NCBI GenBank assembly: GCA_000934665.2
Contig: KZ538193.1
Span: 124,001-188,000, forward strand
DNA from: Catajapyx aquilonaris
Taxonomy: Eukaryota
DNA length: 64,000 nucleotides
Direction of reading: 5' to 3'
The notes beneath the pieces were generated by a model. That model was not told the origin of the DNA. It saw only the letters and a program-made list of their open reading frames with translations, and did no database searches. Positions 14,545 through 26,551 of this stretch are shown piece after piece (the first letter of the stretch is position 1; every line of letters begins with the position of its first letter). Made by a program: the position numbers and the translations under genes.

Positions 14545-16960
14545 CCACGTTGAGATGGTGGTGGTCACAAACTCATTATTATGGTGACGCTGGCAAATGG
14601 TCACATTTTTTTCCATATGAAAAAAAAATAAATTTAAATGTGTGTGTATGTGTGTGTACAGGACGATTCCTGGCAGGCCACCAGGGGGCAACAAAAAAAA
14701 CGTTGTGAATTTCGGAAAATGTCATTTTGTGATTTGATGCCCCTTTGCAGATCACAGGAACCGTCTGGAGACACAAGAGTTGGTTCGTCGCCACTACGCA
14801 TCCTTCTCACCTTACATGTAGCTTGCATTAAAAAAAAGAAACAACAAATTTATTATTATTAATGATTAATAATGTTTAAGGGCACTTGTACATACAGTAC
14901 AGCACTATGTGTGTCACATTATGTGTATCTCCTCTCCATGGTGTACAGTACAACTAATGTTTCATTTTGGGTATAGTGGACAAGCCTTTTTTTTCTAATT
15001 TCCGAAAAGTGGCGACAAGAACATTGTAACTTCCCCCCCAAACCCTCCTTTTTTGGAATTGTTAAAAACTGTAGCGGAAAAAAAGTGCACGGTTGGTAGG
15101 TTTTGTATTCTATGTAATTCTGTCCCCCCCTCGACCCTTACTCCCCTCTCCAATTGTACGAGTGGAATTTGTGCATGTCATGACTTCTTTCCACCTGAAA
15201 TGTCTGGGTTGTGCCACTTCATGTACATAGTCGGATAAAAACAGCCGGACTCACTTCTTGTCCAAAATTCGGCTAAAGACACAGCCACTTTTTATCGGGA
15301 TCCGGAATTTTTAATTATTTGGAGTAAAAAAATTATTTCAGTTCCTGTGTAGCGATATAGAATAGAATGGACAAAAAAAACCAATAAAAATGTGTAAATA
15401 ATGTAGCTCCTTTCAGCACACCTGTTCCATTTACTTTCTGACATGAATTGAATAACTACTCGCAGCTTTATTATTTGATCCAGCAAATAAAGCCACGAGT
15501 AGGCCAGACCACATGTGTAATAATATCTGTTTATTTAATGAATTTGGTTTCATTTCGATTCTTCCATACAGCATACTTGTACCGTAATGTCTATATTAAT
15601 CGCCAATTTTATCACTAATCAGTTTTAGTAAAATCTGGAAGTAATTGGCAAAATACCTGAAAGTGCTGGAAAATTTCGGGCATTTTCGATTCTTTAATTT
15701 TCAAATTTGTGATAGTTTTTGTCTCCTTTGTTTTGCATTTCCTTTTGAAAAAAATTGGCCGATTATATTGCTCAAATGCATCCGGGGTTGAAGTGATTTT
15801 TTTTTTTTTTTTGCTTCCGCATGATAGTAACTTGTTAATAAAAATGAACCTCGTATCTTCAATTTCTTCAGCTAATGTAGGCATATCAGTGCAATGATGT
15901 CACAATTTTGTCCATAATTTTTTTGCTAAATTATTTGTCTTTCTCAACACAAGGAAGCAGCTGAGTTTTCAATATTGTGTCCCTGATAACACGCACAGTA
16001 CATTATAAAACCTATTCCGCATGATTCATCTGCGGTTTTCCCTGGAAACGTCTGCTCCTGAAGATTTTGACAAGATTTCTCCCTCCCGGTTTCCAGCTAG
16101 GAATAAGGAGGGACATAATAATAAGGAGGGAAAAGGAGTGGGCGATAACAATCAGCGTAACAGCAAGGGGCAAATGCGACTGGGAAAGGGGACGTCCCCG
16201 AGAGACAATGCAGCCGAGTCCCTAAGGAACTCCGCGGGAGAACCCAGCCTGCGACTGACACTCAACCGCCTCTCTTTATTTTTCACAGGAAAAAAAAGCG
16301 GGGAGAATCCCTCCCACCCACCCACAAATTCCATCTCCAAACGGGAGAGACTGATTTTTTTGCAAAACTTTTTCTTAAAAAAAAAGAGCCGGCAAGACGT
16401 TGACTCTTATGAGACTGCGTTGATTAGTCGACGTCTTGACAAAACCCTCGGGGCAACAATTATTAAGATTGCCTTGACAACCTGTTTAGGTGCACACCGC
16501 CATTGTTGAGCCTAGTTTCAGGCTATCTGTGGCTACGGCTGGGCAACATTTTACATCCGGTTGGGTCCAGAGCTTACGAACGGTGAGTTTAGTTAATTGA
16601 CTGTTAGACAGCATTGTATAGATCAAAAGCGGTTGTTAATTAGATATGGAATTTGTCACCAAACTCAATAAGACATTTCCTGCTCTTGTTAATTGTTGAC
16701 GAATTGATCAATTGACCAGTACCCCGCTCAAAAGTCCCCACCAGACACCCTAAGCCGCGATCTGATTGGTGGAGCAGAGGCCACCAATCAGATCGGTGGG
16801 TACAGTGCGGTACAAAAGAAATGCTCCTTTGAAACCCTACCGTGCAGAGGTCGCAATAACTATCTAGGTGGCCTATATAGCCTACCTTTTTTATTTTTTA
16901 GAACTAGGATGTGGGTACTGTAGAGCACTGTTTAAAACTATCTGATGCACAGTTGGCAGA

Positions 16961-17671
16961 ATGGATGACCCCAATTTGCCGTCCACTTCCACCGTGGATC
17001 CCTCGACTGCAGGCCAGCAGTCCAAACAGCCAAAAGACCTGACCGTCGATGACTTGCTGAAAATGACGGCCGATGACGTGGAACAAATGTCCGGAGAAGA
17101 ACTGGACGAGCTGACCGACAGAGCCTTGACACTCCTGAAGCATGACCTGAAGGACATGTCAGATGCTGAGATCAGAGATCTGGCGGACAAGTTGAGCAGT
17201 CTTCCTGAAGACGACGAAGACCTGAAGGCCCTTCGTGAACTTGACCTGAGTGATGACGGCGAGGACTTCACCGCCGCAGAGCTGCAGGACATTACATTAC
17301 ACATGAAGGACCTCTCGATGGAAGACGTGAACGAGATTTCCGACGACGAGATGAGGGAACTCGCCATCAGCTGGAAGAAACTACACCGCATCCCTGGTGC
17401 TGGTGGCCCCGTCGCTCTTGAGACGGAACAGGCTTCAGAATCCTCAGAATCCGACCTGGAGGAAGAATCTCCGGTAAAGTGCATATATTGTGACATTACA
17501 GTAACGAGACTTATTACTATCCCGATAATTGCATTCTCATGCGGCAGCTTGATGATCCGGAACTGGATCCCGTGAATTACCTGGCCGGAGTAGTCGAACG
17601 TGCGCAAGAAATAAAAGAGCGGTCTGCAGGCCTGAAGGTATATACGGGATGGCTGCAAACACCGATATACG

Positions 17672-17752
<81 letters not shown>

Positions 17753-18080
17753 TGGTTTTTCAGGCTCTGAGTGGACACACTCAAGTTTCATCCCTGTCTG
17801 ATGCGGGAACGAGCAGCAGCTCCGGCCTGAAAGACTTGAAGTTGCATTATTTGGTACGTAGCTACACTTTGTCAAAATATGATGTCGTGAAAATGAGCCC
17901 ATTGATTAATCACACCCACACGGGAAAAATGTATTGTTGGAAGTAATTGTCTGCAGCTATTGTTTTCTTATTCAGACTGTTGCAAATGAGACGGACAATA
18001 AGGTCTCCGATGTCCATCAGCAGGAGGTGAAGTCAGCTGAAACAAAGGTGGACCTGACGCCCACCAAGGACAAGGAGTGA
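16961..18080 (+). CDS. Uncharacterised acidic protein, 4 exons (16961-17473, 17548-17637, 17764-17853, 17976-18080), about 265 aa
   Basis: All three introns are GT-AG and phase 0, and the joined frame is open to TGA at 18078-18080. GC-rich coding-like composition. AATAAA at 18124-18129. No family recognised. Confidence 0.7.
17672..17750. repeat. (TAT)n microsatellite in intron 2 of the acidic gene
   Basis: Read directly from the sequence. Confidence 0.98.
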
Positions 18081-18194
18081 TCTTGCCGGTAGCATGTATC
18101 GCAAGACTGTCTCGCTGAGACGAAATAAAAAAATTTGTTTACTTTTGCCCAAACTGTACGGTTATGACCTGTTCGAACTTGGATTGGACTAAAG

Positions 18195-21100
18195 ATGGCG
18201 GCGCACATGGTTTGCTTGATATCAGAATTTGGCCAACTCCCTGTGCTTGCGAGCTGGCATGGACACTGGTAGTAGGCCACGTGTTCAGTTTGTTCACTTA
18301 ATACGTGAGCACATGGCTCTCTCGCTGTGCTTGTAATATTAATTGTAATTAGGTCGTAAAACCGTTAATGAGCGTGGATATGGAGGCGGCTGAAGGTGGA
18401 GAGGAGGGCGGCCCAGGGGCCAAGCGGAAGAGGCAGGAGGAGGTGAGTTACAAGCCGGAATATGTGGCTCGTGTACTGAATCTTTAAAGTGTAAAATCAA
18501 AGGGTAAAAAAAAGGGTAAATCTTCAAAGGGTACATATTAATTTAATTGTAATTATTAATATTAATTGAAGGCTGGAATGGAGACGAGTTCGGCCAAGCT
18601 GAGCAGACAGGAGCTGTACCGTGCCCCGACGGGAGAGGAGCTGAGCCAGCTGAAGGAGACGGAGCGTCTTTTCCACTCCAACATCTTCAGGATGCAGGCG
18701 GAGGAGATGCTGAAGGAGATGCGGATGAAGGAGCAGCATTCGAGGGAGATCCGGGAGTGGGTCGGGAAGCTGAGGGAGCATCTGACCGGGTTGGACGACA
18801 CGGAGAAGACGGAGATGTCGGACAGGAGCTGGCTGGAGGGGCTGGGAGTCGCAGTACCCATGGACGTATCGGGAGAAGGATGGTTCAAGTTTGCACGGCC
18901 CATTGTCTCGATTGTTGGTTCGCATGCGTGCGGGACTTGCTTGGGTCGTGACATGGTTGTGGACGTACGGCTTGAAATTCCGAAGAAGGTGTTCCAGTCG
19001 AGTGACAGCTGGGATCGGCGATATCACATGAAAAGAGCGATGTATCTGGCGTACGTGGCGTCCAAGCTGGGCGATTGCGACTTTGTGGGTCAAGTATGTT
19101 ACCGCCATTTACATGGCGATGTGCTGAAGCCGGTACTGGAAGTTAAGCCACCCCAAGGCCGGATCACGTACCAGTTGTTGCCGACTATGCATTCGGATGT
19201 GTTCAAGCCAAGCAAGTTCAACCCCAGCAAATCAAACTTGCACGGAACTGACATGAGTCCGCATTACAATGCGTCAGTACTTGTTGATCTCACAATGGCG
19301 GCACAGGAAGAGGTGCGGGGCAGCCTGTACGGCGATGGTCGTACACTACAAGAAGCGGTTCTTCTTCTCAAGGTGTGGTTGCGCCAACGTGGATTGAAGG
19401 TTGGGTTCGGAGGCGTGTCCGGATTCATAATCTCGATGTACGTCGTGTACTTGGTTAGAACGAGGAAAGTCAACTCGTTAATGAGCAATTATCAGGTGGT
19501 ACGTAACGTGTGGACCAACATTGCCGCAGCAGACTGGACGACTAAGGGTATAACTTTATGCCACAACAAAGACGGGCAAGACGTCGCCGAGTTTCACAAA
19601 CACTACGAGGTCGTATTTGTCGATTCGTCTGGATGCTTGAATCTGTGTGCAACTATGAGTCGGTGCACCTTCATGCGATTGAAGCACGAAGCGACTAGAG
19701 CTGTGGCTATTTTGGACGATGCGAACGCCGATGGGTTTGAAGCACTCTTCATGAATCAGGTTCAGTTCTCACGCACCTTTGATCACATTGTGCGCATCCG
19801 CATTGATGACGACAATATTGAGGCAGCCATTCTGGAACATGAGTCAGCCGCTTTGAACAATTCTGGTAATGCAGACGCATCTGCAACCAAAAATGTGTTG
19901 AAACCACGACCGGAAACGATACTGGACTGTGCCCATTCTCGACCTGGCATAGTTCAGGCTGTTCAGAACATCCTGACTAAAGGATTGGGCGACCGCGTGC
20001 ACCTTTTGGATGTCAACTTGACGCCAAGTCGGGCCTGGAGCATCCAAGAAAAGTTCCCTCGCAAAGTGGATCCCATTACGTTCGGACTCATCCTAGATCC
20101 GGATGCTTCCACACGTATCCTTGATCGTGGACCGCCTCCAGATGACCCTACGTCTCGCCAGTTCCGTGCATTTTGGGGCACCAAGTCGGAGCTGCGTCGG
20201 TTTCGGGATGGATCCGTGTGTGAGGCTGTGGTTTGGGAAGCATCCAACGCATCCCAGAAACGGATGGTGTGTCGCCAGATTGTCCTCTACCTGCTTGAAA
20301 CCAATGGAATTTCCCCGGAGCTGGTTCAGTACGTGGGTAACCAGATAGAACCCGTATTAACGCTTGTACGAGAAGGTTACGGGACTGGAGAAGAGGAGCG
20401 AGTGTCTGCGGTGAGAGCGTACGAATCAATTGCAAGTGAACTGAGGGAAATGAAGGGTCTTCCTCTGGGAATCAGCAGTGTGCAGGGCGTTTCGGAAGTA
20501 ATCCGTGGCACTCAGGTGTTCCCACCGCTCGAACGGCTCAAGCTTCGGGAGAAGAGTAAGGACATTGGGATGCGAGACATGTGCCAGGTGTTCACAAGCA
20601 TCGGGAAGACCGTACCTCCATGGATGGAACCAATTGAGCGTAAGTTTCAAGCGACTGAAGAATTTTCATATGTCTAATGCTTACCTTTCATTCCAGTTCA
20701 TCTAACCCTTGAGGGGAGCAGCAAATGGCCGGATGATCCCGAAGCAATTCGACGTGTGAAAGCCGCCTTTTATCTGGAGATGTCCAAGCATTTCCGCACA
20801 AGACATGTTGCTGCCCATGCGCACCAAGACCACCTGGATGTCCTTCGAGGCGGATACATTTTCCGTATTCGAGTTGTGTACCATCGGGAAGGGATCCTGC
20901 TGCGGACTCGAACTAATCCGGACGGCTCCAAAGAAGTGGTTCCTATTCATCAAGAGCCAAAGGCACTGAAACTGGAGCTGGAAACAGTGTTGAAGCCACG
21001 GCTCGGTGCCGCACTTCAAGGAGTCGGACAGCGATTTGGAGCATTCGGACCGTCCTGTGCACTGGCAAAACGTTGGATCCATGCTCATCTGTTGGGTGGA

Positions 21101-22180
21101 CAGGTGTCCGACCAGTGCATTGAACTGATGATGGCTCGGATCTTCTTGCATCCAGCGCCGTACGTGGCACCATTCCAGCCGCAGGTGGCTCTAATGAGGC
21201 TTTTCTGCCTGATTGCCTTCACTGACTGGAACGTGACGCCAATAGTCGTCAACTGGAATGACGATCTGTCAAGTAAGTAGCGTGAACTGTGTTAACAAAC
21301 CGTGCTAACGTTTCTAATTGTTTGCAGAGGAAGACTTAAGTGGCGTGCACAACCATTTTGTGGAGAACAGATCCACCTTGCCGCCTATGTTCATCGCAAC
21401 TCCGATGGACCGCACCGACTCTATCTGGACCCGTGACATGCCCAAAGTGATACTGGTCCGGCTCGTTCAACTGGCCCTGAAGTCGCTTGGAGTACTGGAG
21501 TCGCAACTGGAATCGTTCAACAGCGAGACTGACTTCAAACAGATCTTCCGTACTCCGCTTGATCCTTACGATGTCGTGATCAACCTTAGACCATACTGGC
21601 TGCCCAGGAGGTTCCAGGGGATTGATGCGACTAAAGGAGAGTATGAAGGGAAAGGCTGGAGGGAACCGGAAAAAGGAGAGACGCAGGTGATGCCTCCCAT
21701 TGAGTTCGATCCCGTCCAGTGCTACCTCAGAGAGTTGCGGGCCGGCTTTGGGCATCTGGCGCTATTTTTTCATGACAAGTTTGGCGGGAAGATCATCGGA
21801 GTCGTGTGGAAACCAAATGCTTGCAAGCAGGCAGAGTTTAAGGTCAGTGAAGTGTACGAACTAGTACCCAAAAAAGTATACAGTGAAATCTCAATATAAT
21901 GCTTTTCAAGGGACCAGAAAAAAAAGGGGCGTTAAAACCGGAAAAGAGTTATATAGATGTGGGAGCGTTATATCGAGGTTTTACTGTATTTAAATTCCCC
22001 AAATACATAAAATATAATTTATTTCAGGTAAATGAGATGCAAGCAAAGATGATCACATCTGTTAACAACAAGAAGGCGAAGGCTGTCCCCAATTACGAAG
22101 CAATTATCCAGGATTTCCGCATCATCGGAGATAGTCTTGTTCGTACAATTGACGTTCACTCGGAGCGGTGGACAGTCTGA
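18195..22180 (+). CDS. NOL6: Nucleolar protein 6 (Nrap/Utp22), exons 18195-18209, 18353-18442, 18572-20639, 20697-21272, 21328-21842, 22028-22180, about 1138 aa
   Basis: Nrap motifs LYRAPTGEEL..LKETERLFHSN, RYHMKRAMYLA, LLKVWLRQR, FRAFWGTKSELRRFRDGSVCEAVVW, SKWPDDPEAIRRVKAAF and FDPVQCYLREL. GT-AG introns are phase-consistent. The 15-bp first exon is the least certain. Confidence 0.95.
21881..21986. mobile_element. Tigger/pogo-like MITE in the last NOL6 intron
   Basis: cagtgaaatctcaatataa...ttatatcgaggttttactg with TA on both sides. The paralogous intron in the pseudogene (about 30213-30235) shows the empty site aaaaaagtata|tttgaattccc. Confidence 0.85.
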
Positions 22181-22258
22181 TTAAATTTTTTATTCGACTG
22201 GATTTATTTCAATTGCAGCTTCCTCTTCCATCTTTTTAATATCCGCATGCGAATAGCC
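22181..22258 (-). pseudogene. AMACR: Remnant of the AMACR 3' coding end
   Basis: ttaaattttttattcgactggatttatttcaattgcagcttcctcttccatctttttaatatccg aligns with 30409-30474 of intact AMACR, and similarity decays after that. Confidence 0.88.
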
Positions 22259-22849
22259 TGTGTGGTGTTGCGGAATGGTGCCGCAGATGTCTCGAGTGTC
22301 ATTGCGGGTGCTCAGGTTAGAATCTGGGGGCTAAATTATGAATGGCTGGGGATTGCAACAGATGAGTGTTGACAATCGCAGTCGTCAGTTGGCAGGGAGA
22401 CATGCACAACAATGGTGCCTGCCAAATGCTTTTTATACAGCTGAAGGTGACAAGCGATGACATCGCTGAGCAATAATATCGGATGTTCAATTGATTTTCG
22501 CCTCAAACAATATTGGTTACTCAGCAAAGTATTTGATCGTCTAATCACTCGCATGTAAATGCAGCTTGAGTTGCATTTTGTCACAGTTATGTGCTACGTC
22601 ACTCACATTGGAAGTAGACTTTCAATAGGTGGATCACGACCAGCAAAGAGATCACTGAGACCAGGATTTTATGTCTCAATCATGTCCATCTGATGTACTA
22701 TATATTGATTTCAAAGAAAAATCGTCTTTTCGAGTGATAACGGTGCCTAATGTGTACGCTTGATTAGTTTTTCCATTCATTAGTGTTTTGACCAGATGTG
22801 TCACTGATAGCTATACATTTTATAGCTTTATTTTTCTGGTGTGTTCAAG

Positions 22850-23119
22850 ACTATTCAGATGTTTGGACGTGAGGGGGAGAGTTCCCTGTTCCAGCTGCTC
22901 CAGATGGACCGACTGGAAGGCCAGAGAGACCACATCCACCAGCTCCTTGCCGGTTACGACACAACATTTGCTGGTGCTCTTGTTCGGAACCTTCGCCACC
23001 AATGCAGAGAGGGCCAACACAGGGATGACTTCCGAAGCGCTGGGTGTGTCCGTGGCACCATCTTCCTTCCACAGCTGCGTGTCAGACGGAAAGAGAGCCA
23101 AGGTGGAGGATGTCATGCG
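22850..23119 (+). pseudogene. Isolated RhoGAP-domain exon fragment (C-terminal half of the domain), frameshifted
   Basis: Two frames join as ...SSLFQLLQMDRLEGQRDHIHQL / SSLPVTTQHLLVLLFGTF...TGMTSEALGVSVAPS..HSCVSDGK, which matches the RhoGAP M-T-x-x-x-L-x-x-x-x-x-P motif. Flanked by ag| and |gtcagc. No other exons found nearby. Confidence 0.7.
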
Positions 23120-24161
23120 GTCAGCAGTGCGTAAGACCATTGCCGCACGTGGGGATGAAGGCCAGTTATTAATTGTAGAGCAGGGAGACGGAGTGGCGGT
23201 GCAGTAATGTAATGTATGCAGCAAATTCATCAAAGAACTTGTGCATAAAGTGAAGCGGAAGTCCTCTGCCACCCACCCACTACAGTATGAATCAGATTAA
23301 TTTCTCCTTAACAATACTGGCTACACATTTCGTCATTTCTGATTGATAATAATCCGCTGAATTAAAAAGCGGCATTGCTTGTGACCAATCTATTCACACC
23401 TTTTTCTTACATGGAATTGCTGAGATGGCTGCGAGGAATGTTATCCTTATTGACATAAATATTTATCCAAATATCTTGCAGCATAATTTCTTCATGTTAA
23501 GCAGCTAACACTTACAAAACTATCACACTTCATTAATAAACCAACACCACTGCAACTATTGCAACGAGACGGGTAACGAGTCTTAACATTTTAAATCATT
23601 ACCTACTAAAATGGAGGCTTGGATAAAAATAATAGTGAATCTATCCTCTCATAATACACTAATGCCCAATAATATTAATACACTTTTACATTAATATTGT
23701 ACTGTAACAGCTGTACGCTCGGCCCAGGGTTTTGGCATTGATATCCCAGTGTGCCATTCATTTGCCTTGGGATTAAAATGGACAACTTCAGAAGTAAATC
23801 CCTGCTTCCCCTTATACTCGTCTCCCACAATGACAAACAGGCAGCCATTAGCAGCTGCCACTGCTGGGGTTGAGACCGCCCGCATCATAGGAGTGACTTT
23901 TGTCCACTCATTTCTCTCAAAAGAGTATCTGTCCACCTCACGTGAAGATACAGTATATCCCTGGTCATTCTCTGTTTCACCTCCAACAATGTACAAGTGG
24001 TCATCTAGCAGTACTAGCACAGCAACTCCCATGGAGTAGCGTGGTTTAAACCAGATGGTTCATTCCACTCTTTTGTTTGTGGATTGTAAGACATAAACAG
24101 TGATTTATTGAAAGACATCAAGTATTGATACGCACCATCACAAAAATCATAGGTCCCACCT

Positions 24162-24242
24162 ATCATATAAATCAGACCAGCATAAGTAACTACACGCATG
24201 CCGCATGCGTGTAGTTACTTATGCTGGTCTGATTTATATGAT
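24162..24242. repeat. Perfect palindrome, 40-bp arms, 1-bp spacer
   Basis: atcatataaatcagaccagcataagtaactacacgcatgc c gcatgcgtgtagttacttatgctggtctgatttatatgat. Confidence 0.97.
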
Positions 24243-24324
24243 TGACCACATGCCATTCAGCACTCTTGGGATCAAACTTTTCAATGCTTCCAAGGACAGT
24301 ACGATTCACATCTATCCCACCGAG

Positions 24325-24496
24325 TGCATATAAGCAGTCATTGAATTCTAGCAGACCAAAATTTCGCCAAATTATTATTTAATACATATTACTCTTACAA
24401 CACACGTGAGGAAACTTCCGGGTTAAGGGTGAGGGCAGACTGGAAGTTGGAAGGCGAAATTTTGGTCTGCTAGAATATAATGACTGCTTATATGCA
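24325..24496. repeat. Inverted repeat, 44-bp arms, 84-bp spacer, 2 mismatches
   Basis: 24325-24368 matches the reverse complement of 24453-24496. Confidence 0.93.
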
Positions 24497-25018
24497 TTTA
24501 TGTATCCAACACAGTTTTATAATCATCAGTGCTGAGACCACCTATCATTCAGGTAAACAGTGGATCCAATGGCAGCAATGCCAGGGTCCTGTCTAACGTC
24601 TGGAGTAACATGCCGGTCATCACTTGACCTCACACCCTCTGACTCGTGCCAACTGTCATAACACGTGTTTAAATAGCGCACAGCAGTTTTGGATAACTTT
24701 CTGCTTCCATAATATGTGTCATTCACCCGCCCTGCAGCAATATATTATGACAGTTGTCATCCAAGATATTTCTTCTACCACTGATTCTCCCATATCCCCA
24801 AACTTACTCTTCAAAATGCTTTTCAGGGCAGCATCATTAATTGCGCATGGCATCACATGGTACTCTCACATGGTATCAGTGATAATTTTACACACTTGAA
24901 CAGTTCATGAACATAAGTCCGCCTCTCCTCTACTGACTTTTCAATCCAGGCAATGACAGCTCGCATGACTTTTTCCTCCCTTTGGGAGCTTATTTTAGTG
25001 CTCATCAAGTACTGTGGC

Positions 25019-25106
25019 ACATCCTCCTTTGACAGGTCCATAAACGCGTCTGAAGTAGTAACGTTACTACTTCAGACGCGTTTATGGACCTGTCAAAGGA
25101 GGATGT
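25019..25106. repeat. Perfect 88-bp palindrome, no spacer
   Basis: acatcctcctttgacaggtccataaacgcgtctgaagtagtaac|gttactacttcagacgcgtttatggacctgtcaaaggaggatgt. Confidence 0.97.
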
Positions 25107-25584
25107 TAACAGCATCCAAGGTGTCCTCAATAAATATGGATGCCAAATTTGCCAACTTGGTGTAGTTGCATGCAGTGGCCAGTCTGTGCACATCAGCGTT
25201 GGACTTGTCCAGATGTTGGCTCATCAACTTGTTGCACAAAACTTGAGCTCTGGGTATCTGCAGCATGTTGGCTGCCGCGGCCACCTCCTCCACATTACCT
25301 TGCCACAACGTCTCCATGCGTCCGGTACACAGGCAATCAATCAGCATATTCAGGGCTGCAGACGACACCCCCTTGATGGGAACCTGAGACTGCCCCTCTT
25401 CCGCCAGCCCCCCAGAAAACATGGCCTTGAAGTGGAGAGCAGATGCTGCAAGTACAGCTCGGTGAGCCTTAACAGAAGTCCCATCCTCACATGTCAGCTC
25501 GACGTCACAGAAATGGAAGAGTGCCGGAAGTCATGCAGTTGGCGCAATATGTCCAACTGATGAGAGTGAGGGACATTGCAATTA

Positions 25585-25806
25585 GCGTGGGTATGGAGGC
25601 GGCTGAAGGTGGAGAGGAGGAGGGCGGCGGCAAGGGCGGCCCTGGGGCCATGCGGAAGAGGCAGGAGGAGGTGAGTTGCAAGTCGGAATGTGGCTCAAGC
25701 CTACATGAAATTTTGGATGATTAATTTATGTAATTAATATTAATTGCAGGATGGAATTGAGACGAGTTCACAACGTCGCCGAGTTTCACAAACACTACCA
25801 GGTCGT
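25585..25806 (+). pseudogene. NOL6: 5' fragment of a duplicated NOL6 (exon 2, intron 2, start of exon 3, joined to an internal exon 3 patch)
   Basis: Matches about 18372-18470, about 18540-18591 and about 19581-19615 of intact NOL6, e.g. atggaggcggctgaaggtggagaggag, gcggaagaggcaggaggaggtgagtt and acgtcgccgagtttcacaaacactac. Confidence 0.88.
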
Positions 25807-26551
25807 TATTCGTGAAGCCCCTCTCGAAGGCAAGATCAGCTTAGAAAATCTGGGCGACCAACGGTCGACACTAGGTCGACTGCCTCGGTTAGAGGCCGAC
25901 CGTCGTGCAATCATCATCACAATCAACTCGTTCGGCACCGAACTTACTAAGGATGGCAGGGCAAAGTTGTATCCACGCTGACGACGGCTAAACCCAGATG
26001 GGCGGCTGGCAGCCTTAGCTCGAGCAGATGACTACGAGCAGGTTAAAGCAGTGGCTGCTGAGTATTACGCTGTAAGTTCAATCCCACCAAAAACCTTTCT
26101 GTAAAAAAAGGCCAAGTTCTCCTGACTGCTTGGCCGTCAAAAGTGGTGAGATCTGAAATGCGGCCAAGTTCAACGTCGTTGTCAATTACTGGCATTCTCA
26201 ACTTCCTCAACCTAAACCACAAACTTTGTTTTTCCAGGTCGACCTTAAGTTTAATCATCAAAAAATTTTAATCGAATTTCTCTTGGTGTAACTTGATGTT
26301 TGTTTGACAAGCTCTACCAGCGTACCAAATTTCAGCATCCTAGGACCACTGGAAGTTCCCTTTAATTTTGATGATCAGTCAGTCAGTCACTCATTTGGCC
26401 CATACGTTTGTGTACAGTGGAAAAACAATATGTGTAGATAATGTTAAAATCGCATTGTTGTCATTTCAGTTCCTTGATGAGATCTAAAGAGTTAATAATT
26501 ATAATGTGCAGATGTCCAGTTCATTAACATCCTTTTAATATTGTCTTGATG

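Larger units (their letters stand above)
23691..25580 (-). pseudogene. BTB-BACK-Kelch (KLHL-like) pseudogene, no introns apparent
   Basis: BTB: FCDVELTCEDGTSVKAHRAVLAAS..FKAMFSGGLAE. BACK: EEKVMRAVIAWI..RRTYVHELFKCVKL. Kelch repeats: LYALGG..IEKFDPKSAEW, IYMIGG, LYIVGG..VDRYSFERNEW. Broken by frameshifts, stops and inverted duplications. Confidence 0.9.

Noticed and set aside
16891..17902. Minus-strand 297-aa and 121-aa ORFs with poly-Ile/poly-Asn
   Set aside because: Antisense shadows of the acidic gene plus the (TAT)n microsatellite.
24162..25106. miRNA precursors or CRISPR-like repeats
   Set aside because: The stems are perfect copies of adjacent kelch coding sequence with no repeat-spacer periodicity, and the context is eukaryotic.
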